From: Coniocarpon cinnabarinum
Lineage: Eukaryota
DNA length: 48,167 bases
Direction: 5' to 3'
Assembly: GCA_051942205.1 (NCBI GenBank)
Contig: JAVECO010000069.1
Coordinates: 62,001-110,167 of the forward strand
In this document: positions 34,971 through 46,024 of the stretch, one piece after another
How the letters are laid out: the number at the start of each line of letters is the position of its first letter
Position numbering within the stretch: position 1 is the first letter of the stretch
Program-made: the position numbers and the translations under genes
Notes under the pieces: generated by a model
Seen by the model: only the letters and a program-made list of their open reading frames with translations
Told to the model about the DNA's origin: nothing
Databases searched by the model: none

Positions 34971-36473
34971 TCAGTAATCGAATCGATCTGGAAGGATGAC
35001 CGGCGCCAGTAGACTCCATGCGTAGATCGCGTAACACACCCAACTGCTCACAATCTTCACCCAGCTCGCCCAATACGTTCGTCCAACCGGCACAAAGTCC
35101 GCGTCCCCAATATCATTGCTCACACTTGTCGTGAGCAGTGTTGCGACCCACATCGTGCCAAGCAAGAAAATAATATGGAAAAGACTGTAGTTGTATTGCG
35201 TAGCCTGTCTCTCATCATCATGGCTCTTGTTCTTCTTGCTGCTGTTCTCCTCATCGCTGTCCTCGTCGTCAGAGTCGTCGTCAAGTGCTGAAGCTGGGAT
35301 CGAGCCCGCTGCGACTGCTTCTTGTAGCGCTTGGGCGCGCATTTGCCTGCGAGAGGTGGGCTGCGTTGAGTCCTCGAGGTCGTGCGTGGATGCGTCATCC
35401 TGACTCAGTTGTGCGTAGCGAGCTTGGTTGCCGCGCTGTGCACTGCCGCCGAGCGCTAAGCCATAAGTTGCGGCACGAGTGGTTGTGTAGGCCATCGCGA
35501 GGAAGGTGACAACAGCGCCGACAATAACAGAGGCCTTGCGCGTGCCATTTGCACGAACGAGTGGATTGCAGTGTTGATCGTCCGGCTCCATGCCCACGGC
35601 TGATAGCGTGAGGTACGTGCAATAGAAAGCCACCATGGCAGATTGAGCGAGACCAGCGCGGGTGTTGTATTCTTGAACAGTGGGAGATATGGAGGTGACG
35701 GACACCGCGAGGAGGAGTAGGAGGTTGATTGTGATCGCGAATTGGTTCATTCGGCATCCTGAGGAGGCGAAGAAGATGTACATGACGATGGTCATCGCGA
35801 GCGACGCCAGATACATGCCCGCAGTCGACCCCACGAGGAGAGTACGCCAGAACCGAACATTCGTGCTCGACTCGGCAGAGATGTCGCCTTCTTCGATCTT
35901 GCGCAGAGCATATTCAGCCCAAGTGTGCGCGAGGTCCACGAGGAGAATCAATCCGAGGAGGAGGAACAGCATCGCGCCTATCAGCGCCACATAGTTGCCC
36001 CATGTGACGAAGAAGCGGTCGGGAATGAAAAACGTCCCAACGATGAGTCCAGCCCAGGCGACAAGCTTCGGGCCCCAGAATCCGTTCTGTATCGGCGCTC
36101 TCCCATCTTTTGAACTCTTGACGCCTAGCAGTATGATGGCCATGAGCAAGTGGAAAGCCCCCAAGGCGAAGTTGAAGCGGTGAACGGCCAGCCAGCCATA
36201 GCAGTCCTTGCCGGCGCAGTTGATACTGACGTAGTCAAGCGTCAGATGGGAGAGCTTCTTCATCGCCCATTCCGTGAGCATAATCCATGACAGCAAGCTG
36301 TTGACCAGGAGAACGAGGGCGTAGGCAATGCGGGTTGCGATACTGTTGTTGCACTTGTTGCAGGCGCTGCATACCGCCGAACAGGTGGCGGCGCCGCAAC
36401 ATGATGCTGCGAAGCTGATGAGTGTGCCGGCGCTGGGCACTGCCAATAATGGCAGCGACAGGATGGCGCCCAT
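34971..36473 (-). CDS. TMS1: Serine incorporator (SERINC/TMS1) membrane protein, intronless
   Basis: MGAILSLPLL...SCCGAATCS, IATRIAYA, IQNGFWGPK, LLVDLAHTWAE, YNYSLFH and WSLLAPVILPDRF. Confidence 0.96.
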   Translation of the reverse strand: MGAILSLPLLAVPSAGTLISFAASCCGAATCSAVCSACNKCNNSIATRIAYALVLLVNSLLSWIMLTEWAMKKLSHLTLDYVSINCAGKDCYGWLAVHRFNFALGAFHLLMAIILLGVKSSKDGRAPIQNGFWGPKLVAWAGLIVGTFFIPDRFFVTWGNYVALIGAMLFLLLGLILLVDLAHTWAEYALRKIEEGDISAESSTNVRFWRTLLVGSTAGMYLASLAMTIVMYIFFASSGCRMNQFAITINLLLLLAVSVTSISPTVQEYNTRAGLAQSAMVAFYCTYLTLSAVGMEPDDQHCNPLVRANGTRKASVIVGAVVTFLAMAYTTTRAATYGLALGGSAQRGNQARYAQLSQDDASTHDLEDSTQPTSRRQMRAQALQEAVAAGSIPASALDDDSDDEDSDEENSSKKNKSHDDERQATQYNYSLFHIIFLLGTMWVATLLTTSVSNDIGDADFVPVGRTYWASWVKIVSSWVCYAIYAWSLLAPVILPDRFDY

Positions 36474-36894
36474 GTCGAAGGATGACCAGTGTTTCGAGAG
36501 GTAGCCGTGGGAGATAGGTAGGTAAGGTAAGGTAGAGAATGAAAGCGACGTCGACAAGGCCAACACGTCACATGGCTGGCGCGGTGACGCCAAGTGTTCG
36601 GGTGGATAAGGGTATTTGAAACCCTTGAATTTGATCGGAGGTAAAGCGCAATTGGACGATCTTGAATAAATTTGACGATAACGTGCTGGCTCCACATACA
36701 GAAAGCGCGCTGCTCTTGCGTTTCACGACTTCCTCAATCGGCCACGCATGCTCAAGGCTTTAATTGGTTCCGAGCCTTGAAAGGTCCTCAACGACGACGT
36801 GCATCCTTCTCTTAATGCCATAGCGGGCGGTAGCGTCAGACACAACTAGCAACATGCCGCGGTGACCTCTATCTCTCCCCTTTTTCGATCACCA

Positions 36895-38809
36895 ATGGAC
36901 AATCAGGCCGAGAGGCGTGCCAGGCTCGCTTCGGTGGCTGCGGCGACGTCTGTGGCTCTGGCGTGTGGAACTAACGTCGGTGAATGGCCCTCTTGTCCAG
37001 TGACCTTGACTGACATGCTCCGCAGTATGCTTTTTCGGCATGGGGACCGGAATACGCAAAGCGGCTATGGCTCACTCAGACAGAGGCCAATCTGATTGTA
37101 CGAAAGACGAAGGCGGACAGTCGTGTGAGCATAAGCTAAAGGAAACACAGGGCGTGGCTGGCAACCTGGGCATGTACGGCATGGGGATACCCGCGGGACT
37201 CTTGATTGATAGAAGAGGACCCAAGTACGGCATCGCCATAGGGACAATAGCATTGGCGTTTGGCTATTTCCCTTTGCATAGCGGTACGCGCAACAACAAG
37301 AATGTGGAAAATTCAAGGTTCTGACCTCACGTTGCAGCATACGTACAAGGCCCTGGCGGCTCCATTGGATTCTATCTCAGCTGCCTGTGCTGCTTCTTGA
37401 CTGGCACTGGGAGCTGCACGGCGTTCACTGCAGCCATCAAGACCGCCACTTTCAATTGGCCCGAGCATCGAGGAACCGCAACGGCATTCCCACTGTCAGC
37501 GTTTGGTCTGAGTGCGTTCGTGTTTGCGTCTATTGGAACATTGGCATTTGGGGACAACATCGCCAATCTCCTCCTCCTGCTATCGATCGGGACTCTCTGC
37601 TTCAATGTCTTAGGGCTGCCCTTCATCCGCCTGATCTCCGCAGGCCAAGAGTACGACGTATTACCCAGTGACGAGGATCGCGCCGATGTGCGCCCCGCGG
37701 TCAAGGCTCGCTCGCGTGCCAGCACGATGAGCACGGTTCGTCCAGGTGAGCGTCATCCCAGTCCTCATCCGAAGCAGCCCATCAACAACACCACGAACGG
37801 GTCAAATGATGCCCGCGCCAACCTCACGACAACCACCACGACGGAGAGTCGACTTCTCGTCGATGAAGAGCAAGGGCTGGCGCGGTCTCGTGTAGCATCG
37901 CCCAGTCTGTCTTCAAATTCTGTGTCGTCTGAGGAAGGTCAAGGTCTCCGACTCTCAAGATCAGTTTCCCGGCAATCTGCTCCCCGTCCTACGTCAGCTG
38001 GAGGTAGAAGCTCACATGATTACGGTTTAGAAATCACGGGTTTCAAACTTCTCGAGCGGCTTGAATTTTGGCAATTGTTTGTCATGCTTGCTCTTCTTGC
38101 CGGCGTCGGCTTGATGACGATCAAGTAGGTTATTGTCATTCACGATATTCCGCGTGACTCTGCTGACAGTGCTTCCTACAGCAACATCGGCAACAACGTC
38201 AAAGCACTCATTCGTCACTGGATCCCCACCGCAACTCCAACATACTACCGCTCCAGCGAAGCCTTTCACGTCTCTCTTCTCTCCCTCTTCTCCTTCATCG
38301 GCCGCTTCCTCTCCGGCGTCGGTTCCGACTTCCTCGTCAAACGCCTCCAAGCCTCACGCTTCTGGTGTCTCACAGTCTCCGGCGGCGTGTTCACTCTCGC
38401 TCAAATGTTTGCCATCGGCACTCGCAATCCCCATCTCCTACCCATCGTCACCGTCCTGACAGGCATCGCCTACGGTGCCCTCTTCGGGGTCTACCCCGCC
38501 CTCATCGCCGATACCTTCGGCGTGAGTGGCCTGAGTCTCAACTGGGGCTACATCATCTTCGCGCCCGTCGTGAGCGGCTTCATCTTTAATCGGTATTACG
38601 GCTGGGTGTACGACGACCACAGCCACATCATTAATGATGGAACACTCGACTGTCCGGACGGGTTGGACTGCTACCAGATGGCGTATTTCATTACGTGTGG
38701 GAGCAGCATGGCGGCTGTGGCGTTGAGTTTGTGGTGCATTTCGCTGCAGAATCAAAGGGCTAAGGGGAGAACGCGCGCGCTGAGTCGGAGCGTGCGGTAT
38801 GGAGAGTAA
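36895..38809 (+). CDS. MFS transporter, Mch1/nodulin-like family, about 5 exons
   Basis: ALACGTN|YAFSAWGP, GNLGMYGMGIPAGLLID, NWPEHRGTATAFPLSAFGLSA, FWQLFVMLALLAGVGLMTIN|NIGN and GIAYGALFGVYP. Four GT-AG introns, the first at 36976-37025. Confidence 0.9.
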
Positions 38810-38980
38810 GTACGGGCATCTTATGGTCAGAGATCATGCTTTTCTGTAGGTTAACTTGTGGTAGACCTTAACGAATATTGTGATTGAGCGCCGTTCGAAA
38901 TGTGAGCGTGAAATATCCAATTCATACGCCTTGCTTATTCAACACAGTAAGGGATTTGATTCTATCCTCGTCACAGTAGC

Positions 38981-40447
38981 GACCCGCCATTCTACCCGCT
39001 TCTTTGCATATGTTCGACCCTACAGTCTTGACTACATACTTGCTCGACACCTCCTCAAAACGTCTATAGATTTCGCTTCCTTAGCGTGGCTTTGACGTTC
39101 TCTTTTTCCGTTTTTGGGGCGTGCATTTGTTCTCATATAGCGGCACGCTTCCACTGTTTTGTAAGCTTACAGATTGACGGATCGTCCACGCTCGATTTTG
39201 GTAACCTACGAGATAACACAGATAATTCAGTGCAACTCATACACAATACCTACTTGTGTATCTCTCTGCTAAATAAACAATACCTCACTATATCTTAGGG
39301 ACTCTCTGTGCTACAGTCCTCGATCAAAAGCAGAACCCCAAAGGAAGATACCCAAGTCCCATGGTAACTTTCAGAGTGCAACCCCACTTTTCAGCTTGTG
39401 GAAGGGGGTTCAAGGAGTCATTGCAACTGATTTCCAATCCGGCAAAGCGGGTTGTAAGAGGTGAGGTACAGGACGCAAGGTCGCGAGGACCAAAGTCAAG
39501 TTGCGCCAAATCCCCAAGTCACGTGTCTTTATTGTGCCGTCACTGCTCGTCGGGTTCTTCCCCTCTCCTCTCTCGTCGTTTGTGCCCGTCTCTGTCCATG
39601 AGGTTTATGGACCCCATCCTTCACGCGGACCCCTTTTTTCCGAAAGCGCCATGCTCTTTTCGCCTCCTCCCAGGAACTGCTCCAGAGATTGGAGGGGTTG
39701 GTCTGAATGCTGATGGGACGATGGATATTGGAGCGGGTGGTTGGACGCTGGAGATGAGCTCGGCGGAGACGGGGGGGTGTGGAGATGGAGAGGCAAGATG
39801 GAGGGATGATGTTCTGAAGCTGACGCGTGGACTCGGGGAACAATGCGATGACCTTTTCGTGTACGACGAAAGGAGGAAAAGCAGGATGAAAGGAAGAAAG
39901 AAAGAATGAAGAAAGGAGAAATTGGGGAGTGGGCGAGTGATGCGAGATGGGCGCGGCGGGATCGAGAAAAGCACGAGAAAACAAAAGGGGGTGATTGATG
40001 ATCGTGAAGGACGGGCACGTCCATCTATCTCTTTGACGTCGAGATCCAGAGACGGGTGGAAGAATGTTGGAGGCTGTCGAGTTCCCGCATTTCTGAAGTC
40101 ACGATTAACTTGCACCTCCGGGACTTGGACTTTGACGAGGAAGACATCTCAACGAGACACTGCTCATGCCTTCCGCGATGATGATCTGGATGCAGATATG
40201 AGAAGGAGGGTGTGGTGGTGCGGGTCAATTCGACCGTGTCCTCTTGCGCATCGACATCGGTGCCAGGCTTTCGACGCATTCTCGCAAGACGCAAGCGAGT
40301 GATTCATCCCGGGATGCATGAGGAGATGGGAGAGGAGTTGCAGCCGAGTCTGACATGTAGGTTCGGCATCGAATGGTCTCAGTCAAGGAGCCAGTTGCCG
40401 AAATAAACCGACGCTCTCGATCCCACATCTGCTAACGGGGCTTTCAG
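38981..40447 (+). ncRNA. Candidate large structured non-coding RNA of unknown class (boundaries approximate)
   Basis: At least 9 nested long-range helices and many local hairpins found by eye. G-U pairs are consistent with the + strand only. No protein-like ORF, and the convergent gap is unusually long. Confidence 0.5.
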
Positions 40448-40982
40448 TGAAAATACAGGTACTTGTTGGGTTTTGCAGTTCGGTCACGTACATCGTATAG
40501 TGGAGCTAATGGCAGTGAAGGTAGTCGAATGGTCACTTTGCGAGATAGCAAACAGAGACATGCAACTCTAATGAAAGAAGAATGTAAAGTGCAAGATATA
40601 TCAGGTGAGATGGAAGATGTAAGGTTGACATCGTAGATATAGGAGCGTCGAAGTGGTATAGCAGGTTCGTGTAGGGGTGTCAAGGATCGACGGACGCGAG
40701 GAAGCTTTGCAATATATTGATGTCGACTTGTCTACCCGCAGTCTGCTGTGTAGTAGCGTGGCGATATCGCAGCCATGCCGTCAGATCCATGTTATTAGAG
40801 GTCTGAGACGACAGCTTGCGCGGGTGATAGTTGAAGCGACACTAACGTCAAATAAGAAGCAAGGCATTCTGCTGTGGCTGAGATGCGTAGCCCGTCGGCA
40901 GACTCGCACTGTAATATTCAGCATAGTATCCTCGAACAGCCACTTTGATCCTCAAACCCTTTCTCAAAACCACACATGAAGC

Positions 40983-42435
40983 TCATGCTCTCCTCTTATT
41001 CACCTGATTCTCCAAGAATTGCTTCCCAAACACGCCCGTTTCATCCCACTTCCTCTTCAACACTCCCAATTTTCCCAGTCGTGCGGATCCCGAATGTCTC
41101 CTCGCAAGGGGACATCCCCAATTACTCGGTAAATCGCGATACTCCCCCTCTATCTGACCACGCCGCATAACCTCAATAACCCCTTCACTCGTCTTTTCCA
41201 CAGCCTCCGCACTTTCCTCTTGAGAGTACCACAGAAAGTTCGTTTGCCAGAAGCGGATCCCTTTCATATCTATAGCAGACTCAAACGACGGAACGGCAGG
41301 AGCTCTGGAGTCAAATGCCAGAATGAAAGCCGTTCTCTTAGCATCAGGACAGTTCTCAATCAATTCCAGCCACATCTTCGGGATTTCAATCCAATTGTCT
41401 CGAGGAAAGTGATTGAATCCCGCAAGGCGCAGGCGCTTGAAATCGCCGTGGACGTTAAAAGGCGCATACGCGTTCGCGAGTTCATTAATCTTGACACGTG
41501 CGGATTTCGTAACGAGAGGCTTCAAAGCGTGAAAGGGAGCAAAGATCTGTGAGGCCTGTTCATCGGAGTTGGAGCCGTAGAGGCGGACGGAGGTGATGAG
41601 GGCCGGTTGGAAGGTTGGCGGTGCGGTGGCCAGAGTCAGAGAGCCTGCAGTATGGATCCGGTCATCGGAGAGGACTGTTTCGAGGGCATTGGCTACGGAG
41701 GAGGCAGCGGAGGTTGGAAAAATAAACGTGCCTGTCCATAGGGCGCCGTCGTCGCTTCCGAGAAGTTTGAACGGGTAGACACGAATAGTTACCTGCGTTA
41801 CCAAGGCAAAGTAAGGACCAGCTCCACGTATGGCATAGAGTAGCTCCGTGTTCTCAGATTCACCGACGCTAAGGAGTGAACCGGAAGCAGTGATCACACG
41901 GGCGCTGATGATCTGGTCGGAGGCGAAGCCCACAAGGGAGTTGACGAGACTGTTACCGCCATTGGTGAAGTAGGGGATTGCGCCGAGGGCGTGGGAGTTG
42001 GGTAGAGCAGTGAAGAGGCCGTGATCGGCAAGCGTGTTGGCGACGGCGCCTGTGAGGATGCCACCGGTGAGCGTCGCTGTGTGGGCGGTAGTGTCGACTG
42101 ATATGTTAGAGAAGTTGGAGAGGTCGATGATGATACCAGGGGACGCGATGGTGGAGTGATCGCTATGGCCGCCGGAACGAACGACGAAAGGTATGTTGGT
42201 TGCATGAGCGTGCTTGACCTGGTCCGGTATGTTAGCTGAGTAGGGTGTAGTTAAAGCATTATAGACGAACAGCTTCTTGGACGTCACGCTCGGTAGCGGG
42301 TAAGATGATAGCTGCGGGAGTCTGGTAGTTCATGTGTGTCCAGCGGGAGTGATGTTTCTGAAAGTCAGAGCTGGCTGGATCAGCAAGCACGCGGCTATCT
42401 GGAGAGGAAAATCGCTCGTATAGTGTTTCAGACAT
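40983..42435 (-). CDS. FAD-linked oxidoreductase (FAD_binding_4; VAO/BBE or 6-hydroxy-D-nicotine oxidase-like); intron 42219-42270
   Basis: PAAIILPATERDVQEA|VKHA...FVVRSGGHS (covalent-FAD His motif), IIIDLS, GFASDQIISARVITASG, ELLYAIRGAG and C-terminal LKRKWDETGVF. Confidence 0.9.
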
Positions 42436-42754
42436 GACGTTGGCTAAAGCAGCACAGGATGACAAGTGGTAGTACTGTATTGGGTACTGTGGCTAAGACC
42501 TTTACAGTACTGTGTGCTGGATGATATTGTCAAGCACTGCTCCCGTGCTCTTGCGTGCGTCTTACTTTGAGACTCTATCAACCTGAGGTTGCGAAGCTGA
42601 CAGGTCTCCAAATAGGTCCCGTCAAATCTTGCGATTCGCTAGCCGGATGCGGTCGCCTTGCCGGCCAGTTCCTGAGTGATTAATCATACCGTAAGCTGAT
42701 GTGCTCTTGTGTATAGCATTTGGTTCGGTACTATGACTTAGGCTTTCGCGCTTC

Positions 42755-45084
42755 TCATGAGGCGCTCCAAGTCTTCTCATTTCCGGTCTCAGAATCCGAC
42801 TTCTTGACTGCTGAGATGGCATCCTCCAAACCGACCTTCTGCAGGGAGTTTGCTAACTTGCTCTTCTTCTGCTGTCCCAAATGGCCATCATCCACGCTCA
42901 ATCGAACACCGCGATCGATGCCTTCAGTCCCGTCTTCGTCACTGTTATCGTCAAGCTCGGGCTGTTCTTCACCAGCCGAGTCTTCACGTGCAGCCTTCCA
43001 TCGATCTTTGCTGTCACCTTGGTCTTTTCCGTCCTGTCCCTGCTGGTCAGCCTCCGGATCATTTGGTCGTGGTCCCAGTCGCCGTGCCATTGGTGAGCCT
43101 GCAATAGATCCTGCTTTCCGAACGGCGGATCCAATCCAGTTGGCCGGCTGACTGTCCTGTACATCACCAGGATGCGTGGGCTCTGTGATGAGGACTCCGT
43201 TCTGTATTGACTTGGTTGCATTCTGTGTTTCCTGCGCAGATTCGAAGCTCTCACGTTGCTGCGTCTCTTCATCGGCGGCTTTTCTACCACGGTGGTCTTC
43301 ATCTGACTTGGTTGCGTCTTCTTGAAGCTTCTCGATATGGTGCTGCATCGTCTCGTGTTCGTGCGTGGGCACAGGACTTACGTCGGGTTCTGTGTCTTCA
43401 CGGACTTGCCACACCACTTGCAGCTTGTCCAACGCCCGTGCACCTTTTCTTGCCGACCCCTTGACGCCATCCAGCTGCTCCCAGGAGATCTCAAAGACCC
43501 CACTTCTTTCCGGTCCATCAGGAGTGCTGTTTGTGAGTGTATTCATAACGGCACCAGATATGGAAGTATCGTTTCGCTCCTTCAATCGTTCAGGGCCTTG
43601 ACCTTCAAAGAACGCATTGAACCAGACATGAGCGACTGACGTTACGACAGCCCAACCGTAGGAGGCGCGTGCGCGGCGCTCCAGGGATATGTTGATGTCA
43701 GACGTCGGGAGGATGATAGGCTCTTCGGGTCGGAAGATAGTGTTTGTCGTTTTGACGCGGGTGCCATCTGATGAGGCAGATTGACTGCCAGGCTTTCTCG
43801 GCGAAGAATCTCTTCTGGAGTCATCGCGCTCTTCGCTCGCTTCTAAGCTCCTCGACCTTTGAGACGAGCGGTTCGCAGGCGGTGAACGTGAGGACCGTCG
43901 AGATGTAGGTTTACTGTTACTGCGCCGAATCGAGAGTGACCGCTTCTGTGACTTCATAACTTCCGTCACCACGCTCAAAAGCGCCGGCATATCGTCTTTG
44001 CTTCCCTTTGAAGATGTGTTGCTTCTCGGTGGCGCTCGCGAGCCAGGTGAGCCTTGCCGATCCTCGCCTTGCCCGTCTACTTGGTTGCTTCCAGTCGCCG
44101 ATTCCAGCACCATCTTCTCTCCAAAGTCGTCTCTCTCTTCATTGCTGAACAGATGGAAGGTCTGAATTTTGCGTCCTTCATCCACGTAACCTTCCACACC
44201 AACTTTGACGCCTTCTCTAAGTCCCCACACGTGTACTTCCTTCACTTCCACGGCGCGCTCCAAATACTGCTTGCCGTTCTGCGCCCATCTTTCGACGTAT
44301 CCGATCCAGCGGAGCTGACTTGGGATGGACACACCAGATCCAAAGCCTGGCCGCATGCGACGTTCAGTGAATCGTTGTAACGCATCTGTGCGACTCCACC
44401 CTTCTTGACTGATCAAGTAGGCGACTGCCATGCTGCCTGACCTGCCTTTACCAGCTTTGCAATGCACCACAATGACCCTGTCTTGCGGCGTCGTCGTGTC
44501 CTGGGTGTCCTGCGATCCATTGGTCTGGATTTTTGCAACCTCTGCGCCTCCCACACCATGTATCCATTCTCGCATGCTCCCAACTATGCCCGGAATAAGC
44601 TTGAAAGGCGGCGGATGGTGGTCAGGCCAAGGGAAATGTTTGATCCGTCCATAGACAGCGTCATCGGGATAGCCTGTTCCCTCTGCTCGGAATTCCCAGA
44701 TGAACCAGTTCTGGCCATGCTTGCTGTCCAAGAACTTCACAAGCTGGTCTAACGGATTGCGGTAGGCACGAGAAGGGTAGGTCGCGCTCGGTCCCGAGGT
44801 AGCAACAACTTGACCATGTTAGCCCAGCCTTCGCTTTGATGTGGACGGTCTTTGATGGGAGATTGGTCGGCAGCATTCCCTAATCTTGGACAGACCAAAG
44901 AAGTCGCGGGATTGGAAAAACCATTGGAGGTACGTACTGTTGTCGGTGACATAGCAGAGGTCGAGATTTGCCTCTGGGTGAGGAGCTCGCGGACCGGCGA
45001 CAACCTTGCGGAGAAAGGACGACTTGAGACAAGTCAATGACTGGCTCTGCGCCTTCAAAACTGACGATCGTCTTTGCTTACCAT
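42755..45084 (-). CDS. TEP1: PTEN-like phosphoinositide 3-phosphatase; coding exons 45084-45082 (ATG only), 45022-44938, 44808-42755
   Basis: LDLCYVTDN|IVATSGPS..YP..AYRNP, WPDHHPPP, PTEN signature HCKAGKGR and VSIPSQLRW. Confidence 0.93.
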
Positions 45085-46024
45085 GATAGGACGCGGAAGA
45101 CGTTTGTTCACTTCTACCTCATCGTGACGGTGAATATTGAGCAGAAAGGAAGCAAGTGTTGGGTTTGTCGCATCGTGCCGTCAACAAGCTGCTCACTTGC
45201 GACGGTGATCGACGTCATTGGCAGTTTTCAACGACAACGAACGTCAACAAATGCTTTTGACAATCTGTATCCAAAGAGGGAACAAATCAAGGGTCAATGC
45301 AGTAAGCCACGCATGGGACAGGAATCCACAGATGTTTTGTGGAAAAGAAAGCAAGACAAAATCGGGAGCGTGCGCTTCCATGTCTAGAGATTCTTGTCAC
45401 TTTTTTGAATCTGTAGATTACCCGAAGCTATGTAGTCTATTCTAAACACCAGAAGAAAAGAGGTACATGCTCCCTGGCAGTAATCCTCGCAATGTGAGCG
45501 GCTTTTCGCAGGGTTTTGCCCACGCAGCTCCGTATGGACAACGCTCAAGGCCTTCATAAAGAGGCACAATTCCAACAGATCCAAAGCACCACCACCATTA
45601 TGCACGTACAGCGTATGTTCTGGTGCCGTTTGCTAATGTCCTCTCGCATCGAATCGACGGATTAGATCCAGGTTTGGAGGGAATGGTCGCAATTAGAGCC
45701 CACTGAAAATCCCACGACATGGTCCCTCGTCCTTTGTCGCCCCCAAGATCTTCCGGTAAGTCGTGTCGAAGACCCTCTCCGGCACTCAACTGCAATCCCA
45801 AGCCCATCAGGCATTTGAAGCTCGCTTCGCTGTGAGCGTCGACTACGACTCGTTTCACAACAGTCAAGATGCTGCTTTGAAAGCGTCGACTTGCGGTCGT
45901 GAACACTCTCTCGACGTTGGTTTCTGACCTCATCCCATCATCGACGTCATTCTTCTTCTCGACCGGCGAGCGCAGGGCAGCACTGCTTCTTCATACTCTT
46001 CCCAACTTTTGTTCGGGCATCGCC

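Noticed and set aside
39287..39296. Minus-strand AAGATATAGT resembling the group I intron S element
   Set aside because: No properly spaced P, Q or R elements, no host rRNA, and the G-U pairing favours the opposite strand.
39361..40302. ORFs of 126-182 aa on both strands in the 39-40 kb gap
   Set aside because: Low-complexity, non-protein-like composition driven by purine and pyrimidine tracts, with no recognisable motifs.
40432..40445. ACGGGGCTT resembling RNase MRP conserved region V
   Set aside because: No matching GAAAGTCCCC-type region I was found upstream, and the sequence is equally explained as a branch point plus acceptor. Left to a covariance-model search.
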